From: an uncultured Candidatus Actinomarina sp.
GTDB taxonomy: Bacteria; Actinomycetota; Acidimicrobiia; Actinomarinales; Actinomarinaceae
Length of the DNA: 64,000 nt
NCBI GenBank assembly: GCA_902533795.1
Contig: CACAND010000001.1
Span: 90,499-154,498, forward strand
Reading direction: 5' to 3'
Shown here piece by piece: positions 30,107-40,054 of this stretch (position 1 is its first letter; each line of letters starts with the position of its first letter). The notes under the pieces are model-generated. The model did no database searches and was not told the origin of the DNA. It saw only the letters and a list, made by a program, of their open reading frames with translations. Made by a program: the position numbers and the translations under genes.

Positions 30107-30831
30107 AAACAGTTTTTGTAACAGGTGCTTCAAGAGGTATTGGAAAATCTATAGCTTTAGAGCTTGGAAAAAATTATCAAGTTGCTGTAGGTTTCTCAAA
30201 TTCTCAAGATAAGGCTGACGAAGTTGTAGAAGAAATAAAAAAATTAGGTGGAGAAAGTCTTTCTGTTCAATTAAATATTGAAGATAGAAATTCAGTTGAT
30301 AAGGCATTTAATTTAATTGAAGAAGCATATAAACATGTCGACATTTTGGTAAACAATGCAGGAATTACAAAAGACAATATTTTACCAAGAATGAAGGATG
30401 ATGAGTGGAATGATGTTATTCAAACAAACCTAACTGGAAATTTCTATACATCTCAAAGAGCCATAAAAAAGATGATTAAAAATAAATGGGGAAGGTTAAT
30501 TTTTATATCCTCGGTTGTAGGCATATCTGGTAATCAAGGCCAGGCAAATTATGCTGCATCAAAGGCAGGTTTGATAGGATTATCAAAATCAATTAGTAAA
30601 GAAGTAGGCAGCAGAAATATTACGTCTAATGTCGTAGCCCCAGGTTATATAGAAACAGACATGACATCATTTATTGATGATGAAAATAAAGAAAATATTA
30701 TAGAACAACTTTCAATAAAACGCATGGGTATGCCAGAAGATATTGCAAACATGGTATCTTTTTTATGCAAAGATGAGTCAGAATATATAACAGGACAAGT
30801 AATACCTATTGATGGTGGTCTAACAACTTAG
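30103..30831 (+). CDS. fabG: 3-oxoacyl-ACP reductase
   Basis: TGASRGIG, NNAGIT, YAASKAG. Confidence 0.95.
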   Translation: MKTVFVTGASRGIGKSIALELGKNYQVAVGFSNSQDKADEVVEEIKKLGGESLSVQLNIEDRNSVDKAFNLIEEAYKHVDILVNNAGITKDNILPRMKDDEWNDVIQTNLTGNFYTSQRAIKKMIKNKWGRLIFISSVVGISGNQGQANYAASKAGLIGLSKSISKEVGSRNITSNVVAPGYIETDMTSFIDDENKENIIEQLSIKRMGMPEDIANMVSFLCKDESEYITGQVIPIDGGLTT

Positions 30832-30842
30832 TGGGAGTAATT

Positions 30843-31082
30843 ATGGAAGTAAATGAAGTTTTTGAAAAGGTTAAAGGTCTTTTTGAAGAAGAATTAGGTA
30901 TTGAATCTGAAAAAATAACTATGGAAGCAAAACTAGAAGAAGATCTCGAAATCGACTCATTAGGAATTGTTGAAGTAGTAATGGCATTTGAAGATGAGTT
31001 TGAGATAGAAATAGATGATGAAGAACTCACAGATGTTGGAACAGTTGGTCAAGCTGTAAACTTGCTGCACTCAAAACTTTAA
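30843..31082 (+). CDS. acpP: Acyl carrier protein
   Basis: DLEIDSL phosphopantetheine site, acidic. SD GGAG before ATG 30843. Confidence 0.95.
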   Translation: MEVNEVFEKVKGLFEEELGIESEKITMEAKLEEDLEIDSLGIVEVVMAFEDEFEIEIDDEELTDVGTVGQAVNLLHSKL

Positions 31083-31085
31083 GCC

Positions 31086-32324
31086 ATGACTAAACAACGT
31101 GTAGTTGTAACAGGTTTAGGAACAATAAATCCACTCGGAAATAATGTAATAACTACATGGAAAAATCTAATAAATGGAGTTTCAGGCGTTGATAATATTA
31201 CTTTATTTGATGCATCAGATTTGCCTGTGACGTTTGCAGGAGAAGTAAAAGATTTTGATCCAAATGATTACATGGGAAAACAAAATGCAAGAAAGTTAGA
31301 TCGATCTGGTCAATTATCTATTTTTGCAGCAGAGGAAGCTTTAAGAGATGCTGGATTTGACATTGACCAACCATTAGGAGAAGAATTTGGAATAGTATTT
31401 GGAACTGGGATAGGAGGAATTGGAGCTACTGAAGATGCAGTTCGAATATATGATGAAAGAGGTTCAAATAGAATAAGTCCACTTGCAATTACACAATTAA
31501 TGCCTAATTCAAGTACAGGTCAAGTTGCAATAAAGTATGGAATACAAGGCCCATCGTTAACAATTACAACTGCTTGCGCAGCATCGGCGAATGCAATTGG
31601 TGAAGCAAAAAAAATGATTGAGCAAAATATAGTTGATAAGGTCCTTGTTGGAGGTACTGAATCAGGAACGACCTCAATGACAATTGGAGCCTTTGCACAA
31701 ATAAAAGCACTATCCAAACAAAATGAAGAGCCTCAAAGAGCCTGTAAGCCTTTTGATAAAAATAGAGATGGATTCGTGATGGCTGAAGGCTCTACAGTAT
31801 TGATACTTGAAAGTGAAAAGTCTGCTAATGAAAGAAATGGAAAAATTTATGGTTTTGTTGAAGGTTATGGATCTTCCACAGATGCTTATCATATTACCGC
31901 ACCATCAGAAGGTGGAGTTGGTGCTTTACGAGCGATGGAGCAAGCAATTACTAATGCAGATATAAATGTAGAAGAGATTGACTATATTAATGCTCATGGA
32001 ACCTCAACTATAGCTAATGATGTTAATGAAACATTAGCAATTAAGTCTCTTATGAAAGACTATGCATATAAAGTTAATATTTCTTCTACTAAATCTATGA
32101 CTGGACATTTGCTTGGTGGAGGTGGAGCTTTTGAGGCTATGGCATCACTGTTATCTCTAAAAAATAATCAAATACCACCAACAATTAATTTAAATGATCC
32201 CGATGAAGAGTGTGATTTAAACTATACAGCAAACAATTCAATAGAAAAAAACATTGAGTATGTAATGTCTAATTCATTTGGGTTTGGTGGACACAATGCT
32301 GTGTTAGTGTTTAGCAAGCAATAA
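31086..32324 (+). CDS. fabF: Beta-ketoacyl-ACP synthase II
   Basis: TACAAS, DAYHITAP, NAHGTST, TGHLLG, NSFGFGGHN. Confidence 0.96.
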   Translation: MTKQRVVVTGLGTINPLGNNVITTWKNLINGVSGVDNITLFDASDLPVTFAGEVKDFDPNDYMGKQNARKLDRSGQLSIFAAEEALRDAGFDIDQPLGEEFGIVFGTGIGGIGATEDAVRIYDERGSNRISPLAITQLMPNSSTGQVAIKYGIQGPSLTITTACAASANAIGEAKKMIEQNIVDKVLVGGTESGTTSMTIGAFAQIKALSKQNEEPQRACKPFDKNRDGFVMAEGSTVLILESEKSANERNGKIYGFVEGYGSSTDAYHITAPSEGGVGALRAMEQAITNADINVEEIDYINAHGTSTIANDVNETLAIKSLMKDYAYKVNISSTKSMTGHLLGGGGAFEAMASLLSLKNNQIPPTINLNDPDEECDLNYTANNSIEKNIEYVMSNSFGFGGHNAVLVFSKQ

Positions 32325-32328
32325 TAAA

Positions 32329-33108
32329 TTAATTACCTAGCATACTTCCACCAATTGCATGAGCTCCACCATCTACATGGATTATCTCACCAGTTATGGC
32401 TTCTGAGTAATCAGATAACAAAAAATTTATGGCTTTAGCGACTGGTTGAGAATTTTTTGTATCCCATCCTAAAGGTGCTTTATCATTCCATTCTGAATTC
32501 ATTGTAGAAAAACCAGGAATATTTTTAGCAGCTGTTGTAGCTAAGGGTCCAGAAGCAACAGCATTTACTCTTATGTTATTTTTTCCAACATAAAAAGCCA
32601 AGTATCTCACAATAGATTGCAATGAAGATTTCGCAACACCTTGCCAATCATATCCTGGCCAAGCTTGAGAATTATCAAAATCTACAGCAACAATTGAGGA
32701 CCCTTCGTTCAACACTGATAAAAATTCATTTGTAATCGTTTTTAAAGAAAAAGCAGATACTTCAAAAGATTTTGTTGCATCTTCAACTTTTGTATTTAAA
32801 AAGTTACCACCCATTGCCTCTGTTGGTGAAAAAGCTATTGCATGTAGAATTCCATCAATTTTTCCATAATTATCTTTTACAAATTTGGCTACATCTTGAA
32901 CTTGTTCAGTGTCTTGAATATCCATTTCTAATACTTCAATTTCACCATCAAGACGTTTTACAGCCCTCTGAGTTATGCGAAATCCATCTCCAAATCCTGT
33001 GGCGATAATGCTTGCTCCATTTTCTAATGCAATTTTTGCAGCAGAGAAGGCAATGCTTTTGTCAGTAAGTATGCCGGTGATTAAAAAAGTTTTATCTTTT
33101 AAATTCAT
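32329..33108 (-). CDS. fabI: Enoyl-ACP reductase (InhA-like)
   Basis: ITGILTDKSIAF, AWPGYDWQGVAK, TGEIIHVDGG. Confidence 0.92.
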   Translation of the reverse strand: MNLKDKTFLITGILTDKSIAFSAAKIALENGASIIATGFGDGFRITQRAVKRLDGEIEVLEMDIQDTEQVQDVAKFVKDNYGKIDGILHAIAFSPTEAMGGNFLNTKVEDATKSFEVSAFSLKTITNEFLSVLNEGSSIVAVDFDNSQAWPGYDWQGVAKSSLQSIVRYLAFYVGKNNIRVNAVASGPLATTAAKNIPGFSTMNSEWNDKAPLGWDTKNSQPVAKAINFLLSDYSEAITGEIIHVDGGAHAIGGSMLGN

Positions 33109-33150
33109 AATTTAATGTTACTTATTGAAAAATTACTTAGAATATATTTT

Positions 33151-33546
33151 TTAATCTTCGGTGTTTGGTGTGTAACTCTCACTACCAGTTGATGGTCTTA
33201 ATTGTCTTCCAGTATAAAGAGCAAGTGCAATTTCAGTAACACCAAAAATCAAAAATCCATTAAAGTTTGTAAATACTGCAAATCCAATTAATAATAATCC
33301 GCCAACATAACGTACTATATTTATTTGTCTAGCATTTTCTTCCTCGCCACCAAGCAAAACAATTAAAAGTGCAGCGAATGTCACGCCGACACCATTAGCC
33401 CTTGCCAAAGTTGCTTCAGTAGAAGATAAGACTGCATCAGGATTAAGTAGAAATAGTTTATAAACTTGTTCTGGAACAATAAACCCAACAACAGATAAAG
33501 CTAGATAAAGAATTGGATCAACTTTATTTATTATTTTATAACTCAT
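33151..33546 (-). CDS. Hypothetical small membrane protein
   Basis: About 4 hydrophobic segments. TATAAT 7 nt before ATG. Confidence 0.7.
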   Translation of the reverse strand: MSYKIINKVDPILYLALSVVGFIVPEQVYKLFLLNPDAVLSSTEATLARANGVGVTFAALLIVLLGGEEENARQINIVRYVGGLLLIGFAVFTNFNGFLIFGVTEIALALYTGRQLRPSTGSESYTPNTED

Positions 33547-33592
33547 AAATGCAATTATATCCTAAGAAAATTTTGTTTGTAATCAATAAAAA

Positions 33593-36238
33593 CTAAGATA
33601 TTTCTGCTTGTGCAGCAGCTAATTTAGCAGTTGGGATTCTAAATGGGGAGCAAGAAATATAATCAATATCTAAAGTGTTTAAAAATTTGATTGATTTTGG
33701 ATCACCCGCATGTTCACCACAAACACCAATTTTTATATCTTTATTTATTTTTTTTCCATCAGCTGCTGAAGAAGCAACTAATTTTCCGACAGTATTTTCG
33801 TCAATTGAAACAAAAGGATCAACATCAAAAATATTTTTATCTACATATTCGTTTAAGAATTTAGATGCGTCATCTCGTGATAAACCAAGGGTTGTTTGAG
33901 TTAAATCATTTGTTCCATATGAAAAGAAATCGGCATATTCTCCAATTTTTGATGAATTCAAGGCGGCACTTGGTAGCTCGATCATAGTTCCTATCTGGTA
34001 ATCAAAATTGAAATCTGTTTCTTTCTTCAAGCTTTCAATTTTTTTGGTGATGATCTTTTTCATTTTTGTAAATTCATTTGCATTCATTATTAAAGGAATC
34101 ATTATTTCAGGTTTAATTAATATCTTTTCTTTTTGTTGAATTTCATAACTAGCTTTAAAAATTGCCTCAACTTGCATTTCATAAATTTCTGGATAACTTA
34201 AACCTAAACGCACACCTCGATGTCCTAACATTGGGTTACTTTCGCTAATCTTCGACAAAACTTCAGTAACATATGCCGACGAAACTCTTAAAGAACTAGC
34301 TAACTCAGAAATTTCAATATCACTTTTTGGTAAGAATTCATGCATTGGTGGATCAAGTAGCCTAACAGTTATTGGTTTGTCTTTTAAAAGCTTAAATATT
34401 TCAACAAAATCATTTATTTGAAAATCAATAATTTTATCTAATGCTCTTTTTCTGCCTTGCTTATTGTTAGCCATAATCATCTCTCTCATAGGAAGTATTC
34501 TTTCACCTTCAAAAAACATATGTTCTGTTCTGCATAAACCAATTCCATCAGCACCAAACTCTAAAGACTTAGCTGTGTCATTCATTGTTTCTGCATTGGC
34601 TCTAATTGAAAGTTTTTTAAAATCATCGCACCATGCCATCAAAGTATTAAATTCATCAGTTAATTTTGCAGACTCTAACTCGACTTCCCCAAGAAAAATC
34701 TCACCCGTAGATCCGTCTAATGAAATTAAATCACCTTCTTCAATAGTTATTTGACCATTAGATATTTTTCTTTCACCTTTATCAATTTTGAGATTTTCTG
34801 CTCCAACTATACAAGGTTTGCCCATTCCTCTTGCAACAACAGCAGCATGGCTTGTCATGCCACCTTTTGTTGTCAATATTCCTACTGATGTAAACATTCC
34901 ACTTATGTCCTCTGGGCTTGTTTCATCTCTAACTAAAATGACTTTCTTTCCCCTTGCCGCTTCGATCTCCGCTTTTTCTGGGTCAAAAACTATTTCACCT
35001 ACAGCAGCTCCAGGTGAGGCATTTAAACCTTTTTCAAACAATTTTTTACTAGCTGAGTCAACAAACTGTGGGTGTAGAACTGAAGTAATCTGATCTGCAT
35101 TAATCATATTGATTGCTTCTTTTTTGCTTAGTATTTTTTCATTATGCATATCAACCGCAATCTTTACACTCGCTTGGGCTGTTCTTTTTGCATTTCTAGT
35201 TTGAAGAATGAATAATTCTCCATCTTCAATCGTAAACTCAATATCTTGTGCATCTTTATAGTGAGTTTCTAATTTATCTCCAATAGATTTTATCTCGTTA
35301 AATAGAACCGGGTTTTCTTCCTCGAGAGAAGGTTGAGTGTTCTTTTCATGTTTTCCTATCGGATATGGTGTCCTTGTTCCTGCAACAACATCTTCTCCTT
35401 GAGCATTCATTAAATACTCCCCATACAATTTGTTTTTTCCTGTAGATGGAAACCTTGTAAAGGCAACACCCGTTCCTGAAGATTCATTTAAATTTCCAAA
35501 AACCATAGATTGAATAGTTGTTCCAGTACCCCAATTGTTAGGTATATTATTTATTTTTCGATAAGTAACAGCTCGTTTGTTTAGCCAGCTTTTAAATACT
35601 GCCTCAATTGCCCCTTTGAGTTGAATAATAGGATCTTGTGGAAAAGGATTTCCATAAAACCTTTCAACAGTGGTTTTAAAAGCATCAATGATCCAACTCA
35701 ATTGTTCAGAATCAAAATCGTTATCTTTTTCGACTCCATCGATCCTTTTTTTATTATCAATAATTGCTTCAAACCTGTCCATTTCAATTTCTAGAACAAC
35801 ATTTCCATACATTTGAATTAAACGACGATACGAATCAAGAGCAAATCTTTCATCATTAAAATTAGATGCTAAAGCATCTACATTATTGTCATTAATTCCA
35901 ATATTTAAAATAGAATCCATCATTCCAGGCATTGATACTTTTCCTCCCGATCTAACAGATAATAAGAGAGGTGTTTTATCGTCATTAAATTTCTTTTTTG
36001 TTATTTTTTCTAAGTCAGAAAGTGCTGTTTCTAATTCTTTATCAAATTTATCTGGAAAAGATTTGTTCTCTATGAAATAATTACAAACCTCTGTTGTTAC
36101 TGTAAACCCAGGAGGGACATTAATTCCAAGGGTTGACATCTCTGCTAAATTTGCCCCTTTACCTCCAAGTAAATCCAACATAGATTTATCACCTTCAGTT
36201 TTGGTGGAGGAAAATTGGTAAATGAGTTTTTTATTCAT
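33593..36238 (-). CDS. ppdK: Pyruvate, phosphate dikinase
   Basis: GGKGANLAEM, SMPGMMD, GGMTSHAAVVARG, GLCRTEHMF, GVCGEH. Confidence 0.98.
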   Translation of the reverse strand: MNKKLIYQFSSTKTEGDKSMLDLLGGKGANLAEMSTLGINVPPGFTVTTEVCNYFIENKSFPDKFDKELETALSDLEKITKKKFNDDKTPLLLSVRSGGKVSMPGMMDSILNIGINDNNVDALASNFNDERFALDSYRRLIQMYGNVVLEIEMDRFEAIIDNKKRIDGVEKDNDFDSEQLSWIIDAFKTTVERFYGNPFPQDPIIQLKGAIEAVFKSWLNKRAVTYRKINNIPNNWGTGTTIQSMVFGNLNESSGTGVAFTRFPSTGKNKLYGEYLMNAQGEDVVAGTRTPYPIGKHEKNTQPSLEEENPVLFNEIKSIGDKLETHYKDAQDIEFTIEDGELFILQTRNAKRTAQASVKIAVDMHNEKILSKKEAINMINADQITSVLHPQFVDSASKKLFEKGLNASPGAAVGEIVFDPEKAEIEAARGKKVILVRDETSPEDISGMFTSVGILTTKGGMTSHAAVVARGMGKPCIVGAENLKIDKGERKISNGQITIEEGDLISLDGSTGEIFLGEVELESAKLTDEFNTLMAWCDDFKKLSIRANAETMNDTAKSLEFGADGIGLCRTEHMFFEGERILPMREMIMANNKQGRKRALDKIIDFQINDFVEIFKLLKDKPITVRLLDPPMHEFLPKSDIEISELASSLRVSSAYVTEVLSKISESNPMLGHRGVRLGLSYPEIYEMQVEAIFKASYEIQQKEKILIKPEIMIPLIMNANEFTKMKKIITKKIESLKKETDFNFDYQIGTMIELPSAALNSSKIGEYADFFSYGTNDLTQTTLGLSRDDASKFLNEYVDKNIFDVDPFVSIDENTVGKLVASSAADGKKINKDIKIGVCGEHAGDPKSIKFLNTLDIDYISCSPFRIPTAKLAAAQAEIS

Positions 36239-36265
36239 GAGGTTTGATATTCTTATCTTAATATA

Positions 36266-37309
36266 GTGATGAAAAATATATTAATCGTTGGTACAGGAAC
36301 AATTGGGGAACCACTAATTGGTCTTCTTGCACAGCATAAAGAAAAACTGGGAATTGACAACATCTCGTTTTTTAAAAGAACTCCACTTTCAGATGAAAAA
36401 GGGAAAGTAGAAGCTTTGATTAGAAAAGGTGCAAAGCTTGTTGCTAATTCAGACGCAAAAAATGATTTTGAATCTATGGGTTTTGATGTTGAAGATTTAG
36501 AGAAAAGCTACGAAGAAAACCAAGTAATTATTGACTGCACTCCATCTGGCAACAAAAACTGGGATGAAATTTATTCAAATTTAGATAAAGATAAACGTTT
36601 TTTAGCTCAGGGTTCCGAACACGGGTTTGGTCCATTTTTTGCATGGGGTATAAATAACAATGTCTTAACAAATGATCAAAACAAATATCTAATAGCCTCA
36701 TGTAATACTCATAATATTGCCTCTATCCTTAAAACTTTCGTTCTTGACACAGACAAAAATTTGAATGAAGGTCGTTTTGTATGCTTAAGAAGAGCAAATG
36801 ATGTTTCTCAGAATGATTCATTCTCACCCTCCCCAACAATTACAAAACATGATAATCAAGAATTTGGGACTCATCATGCACGAGATGTCTTTGAATTATT
36901 TAAACAGGAAGGAAAAGAATTAAATTTATTTTCTTCAGCTATAAAGTTACCAACTCAATACATGCATACCTTATGGTTTAATCTATCTTTTGAGAAAAAC
37001 ACTGAACTAAAAGAAGTATTAAATTCTTTAGAAAATAGTGAATTTTTGATGTCTACCGAGAAATTATCTTCAAATAAGGTATTTTCCTTTGGGCGGGATC
37101 ATGGTTATCACGGTAGATTACTTTCCCATGGAATTATTGCAAAAGATTCACTTCACGTAAAGGAAAATAATCTAACAGGATATTGCTTTACCCCACAAGA
37201 TGGAAATGCATTATTATCTTCTGTTGCAGCATCTGTAAATTATTTTTATGAAGAGAGTTGGATTGAAAAAATGACTGTTTTTAATAAGTACATATTTAAG
37301 AATATTTAG
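36266..37309 (+). CDS. Type II (archaeal-type) glyceraldehyde-3-phosphate dehydrogenase-like protein
   Basis: GTGTIG, IDCTP, AQGSE, catalytic SCNTH, RRAND, THHARDV, KLPTQYMH follow the order of archaeal GAPDH motifs. Confidence 0.72.
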   Translation: MMKNILIVGTGTIGEPLIGLLAQHKEKLGIDNISFFKRTPLSDEKGKVEALIRKGAKLVANSDAKNDFESMGFDVEDLEKSYEENQVIIDCTPSGNKNWDEIYSNLDKDKRFLAQGSEHGFGPFFAWGINNNVLTNDQNKYLIASCNTHNIASILKTFVLDTDKNLNEGRFVCLRRANDVSQNDSFSPSPTITKHDNQEFGTHHARDVFELFKQEGKELNLFSSAIKLPTQYMHTLWFNLSFEKNTELKEVLNSLENSEFLMSTEKLSSNKVFSFGRDHGYHGRLLSHGIIAKDSLHVKENNLTGYCFTPQDGNALLSSVAASVNYFYEESWIEKMTVFNKYIFKNI

Positions 37310-37313
37310 AATA

Positions 37314-37829
37314 ATGGAAGAAACAATATGGTCTGGAATGGGAATAATACTTTTTGTAGTTGCAATAATTTGGCTAATTGTAACTTTGAGCAGAAAAATT
37401 AATAAAGCACTAAAAAAATCTGCAGAAATATTAAATTTCCAAACTGATATTCCAAGAAATATATTAAGAAAGAAAAAAATCTTTGGTGAACTAGACGGTT
37501 ATAAATGTGAAGTTGAAGTTTATACAAGAAGTCATGGCAGATCTTCTACAACCTATGTTTCTTTCTATGCTTATTTTCCTAATAGCTTAGATATGGGTAT
37601 AAAAATAAATTGGAAAGGTGAAATTGATGGTGACGATGAGCATCTAACAGACTTATTTGTTCAAAGAAATGATCGAATAGTTGAAGAAGCTCAAAAAACT
37701 TTGAGAAAATTGAGGATATCCGATACTGTTGTAAATTCCAGAAAAATATTATTTATAAAGTATTACAAACCTGATGAAATTGTTAAAACTATGAAAGATG
37801 TAGTGAGCTTGGCAAAAAGTCTAAAATAG
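37314..37829 (+). CDS. Hypothetical protein with an N-terminal membrane anchor
   Basis: 171-aa ORF directly downstream of the GAPDH-like gene, one TM. Confidence 0.65.
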   Translation: MEETIWSGMGIILFVVAIIWLIVTLSRKINKALKKSAEILNFQTDIPRNILRKKKIFGELDGYKCEVEVYTRSHGRSSTTYVSFYAYFPNSLDMGIKINWKGEIDGDDEHLTDLFVQRNDRIVEEAQKTLRKLRISDTVVNSRKILFIKYYKPDEIVKTMKDVVSLAKSLK

Positions 37830-37833
37830 ATAA

Positions 37834-38397
37834 TTAAATTTTAAGAATTTGTTCAAGTTTGTCGTATGCACGATTTTCAATGTTTTTAATTTTGGTTAAA
37901 AGTTCAGAATCATATTTTTTTGTTTCTTTCCAAACTGGAACCATGCCGTTCCATACTCCCTCACCTTTTAGTTTAGAATAGAAAGCTGCTCCAATGTGCA
38001 TAGCAATTAATACATAACTAAGTAATGCAGAGAATTCATGTAATGCGACAGCGAAATCAATCCCTCCAATTCCTAAATTAAATAAAGCTGCAATCAAAAG
38101 GCCTGTGGTTGGCAACATTATCAAAACAGAGTAGATGAGTCTATGCATAGCCTTCGCAAGAAATAAATGGCCTGGCCTTACCTCTTGGGTCGCCCCAAGA
38201 AGTGTTGGTGCATCTTTCATAAAGAAATACCTTATTAAAACAATAATCAAGAAAATTATTGCAAATGTTATTTCAAGATTAAGTAGTGAGGGATCTTCAA
38301 GCTCACTCAAGTCGTCAACTTGCTTAAATATGCCATAAGAATACAACAAAGTAAACGTCCAGTGAATAATTTTTGAAGTTTTACTATGTGACATCAT
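37834..38397 (-). CDS. Cytochrome b561/YceJ-like diheme membrane protein
   Basis: KIIHW, AMHRLIY, LHE...MHIGAA His pattern over 4 TM helices. Confidence 0.78.
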   Translation of the reverse strand: MMSHSKTSKIIHWTFTLLYSYGIFKQVDDLSELEDPSLLNLEITFAIIFLIIVLIRYFFMKDAPTLLGATQEVRPGHLFLAKAMHRLIYSVLIMLPTTGLLIAALFNLGIGGIDFAVALHEFSALLSYVLIAMHIGAAFYSKLKGEGVWNGMVPVWKETKKYDSELLTKIKNIENRAYDKLEQILKI

Positions 38398-38442
38398 AAA
38401 ATACTTTAAATTTTTTTGGGATTATTTGTTGTTAAGTTTTTG

Positions 38443-39774
38443 TTAAACAAGTTCAAATGACTTAATAATATTTTCTAAGCCCTCTTTTGCATCTGCAAAC
38501 AACATCTTTGCATTATCGTTAATAAATAAAGGGTTTGCAATCCCTGCATAGCCTGGCGACATTGACCTTTTAAGAACTACGACTTGTTTAGCTAAATCTA
38601 CATCTAAAATTGGCATTCCATAAATTGGAGATTCTTCATCAGTTCTAGCTAGCGGATTAACTACATCATTTGCACCTAAAACTAATACAACATCTGTTGA
38701 GGAAAACTCAGAATTTATATCTTCTAAGGTAAACATATCTTCATAGTCAATATCTACTTCAGCTAAAAGTACATTCATATGTCCTGGCATTCTTCCTGCA
38801 ACTGGATGAATAGCAAATTTCACTTCAATATTTTTATCTTTTAACGTATTTGTTAATTCTTTTACTGCTGCCTGCGCTTGAGCTACCGCCATTCCGTATC
38901 CAGGAACAATGACTACAGATTCTGCATAACTCAACTGTATTGCAACATCTTCTGGTGAAGTGCTTATTGGATCTTTTGCGTACTCATTGTTAATATTTGT
39001 TGTTCCAAAACCACCTTTAAGAACATCTAGAAGTGTTCGGTTCATTGCAGCACACATAAGTAGTGTAAGAATAATTCCAGAAGCACCTACTAAAGCTCCA
39101 GCCACGATCAAAATAATGCTATTTACAATAAACCCTGCTGACATAGCGGCAATTCCAGATAGCGAGTTTAAGAATGCTATGACAACTGGCATATCTGCTC
39201 CACCAATAACAGCAACTCGTATGACTCCAGCAATTAATGCAACCAAGATAATGAATTCATTTAGAAAGGTGTCCATTTCTAAAACTGCTGGAATTATTAG
39301 AATCGTAGGTAGAAATACTGAAAATATGTTGCCTAATTTTGTACTGAAGTTATTTAATTTGCCACGGAGTTTCAATACAGCAATAAGACTTCCCGAAAAA
39401 GTGAATATTCCAATAGCCATCGAGAAGATTGCTACGAAAACATCAGAAATTGGTAAGGAAGTATTAGATAACTCAACATATGCAATTGCACCAGATGCTC
39501 CTCCCCCAAAGCCATTAAATAATCCAACCAATTCAGGCATCTGTGTCATCTGAACTCGTTTTGATATTAAAACTCCAAGAAGTCCAGAAACAACAATTGT
39601 GATGTAAAAAGCAGAATCATATTTAGAAAAATCAAAATTAAAAGCACTAAATACAGCTAGTGCCATGGCCAGCATCGCAAAAGAATTTGCTCTATGTGCA
39701 GTTGACGGTCTTCCAAAGAGTTTTAAAGCAAATATAAATAAAACAGCAGAGATCAATAATATTGTTTCAATCAT
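38443..39774 (-). CDS. pntB: NAD(P) transhydrogenase beta subunit
   Basis: MTQMPELV, GGADMPVV, PGYGMAVAQAQ, HPVAGRMPGHMNVLLAE. Confidence 0.97.
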   Translation of the reverse strand: MIETILLISAVLFIFALKLFGRPSTAHRANSFAMLAMALAVFSAFNFDFSKYDSAFYITIVVSGLLGVLISKRVQMTQMPELVGLFNGFGGGASGAIAYVELSNTSLPISDVFVAIFSMAIGIFTFSGSLIAVLKLRGKLNNFSTKLGNIFSVFLPTILIIPAVLEMDTFLNEFIILVALIAGVIRVAVIGGADMPVVIAFLNSLSGIAAMSAGFIVNSIILIVAGALVGASGIILTLLMCAAMNRTLLDVLKGGFGTTNINNEYAKDPISTSPEDVAIQLSYAESVVIVPGYGMAVAQAQAAVKELTNTLKDKNIEVKFAIHPVAGRMPGHMNVLLAEVDIDYEDMFTLEDINSEFSSTDVVLVLGANDVVNPLARTDEESPIYGMPILDVDLAKQVVVLKRSMSPGYAGIANPLFINDNAKMLFADAKEGLENIIKSFELV

Positions 39775-40054
39775 TTTTCTTGAACATTCCTAATATTCGA
39801 CCAGTAACTGAAAACCCACCAACAATGTTGAGAGTTGCAAATGCAATGGCAATTAATACAATAATTTGAAGTATTTGAGAGTCTCCTACTTCTGGATATA
39901 TAAGAATTGCTGCAATTAATGTAATTCCAGAAATAGCATTTGAACCAGACATTAGAGGAGTATGTAATGTCTGAGGAATTTTAGAAATAAGTTCGTATCC
40001 AATGAAGCTTGCTAGAAAAGTTATTAACAATGTAAGTAAAAAAGTTGTTTCCAT
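39767..40054 (-). CDS. pntAB: NAD(P) transhydrogenase alpha subunit, membrane part
   Basis: LHTPLMSGSNAISG, NIVGGFSVTGRIL. Confidence 0.95.
   Translation of the reverse strand: METTFLLTLLITFLASFIGYELISKIPQTLHTPLMSGSNAISGITLIAAILIYPEVGDSQILQIIVLIAIAFATLNIVGGFSVTGRILGMFKKND

Noticed and set aside
24005-32324. Type II polyketide cluster
   Set aside because: There is no chain-length factor or cyclase. All genes are standard FAS-II.
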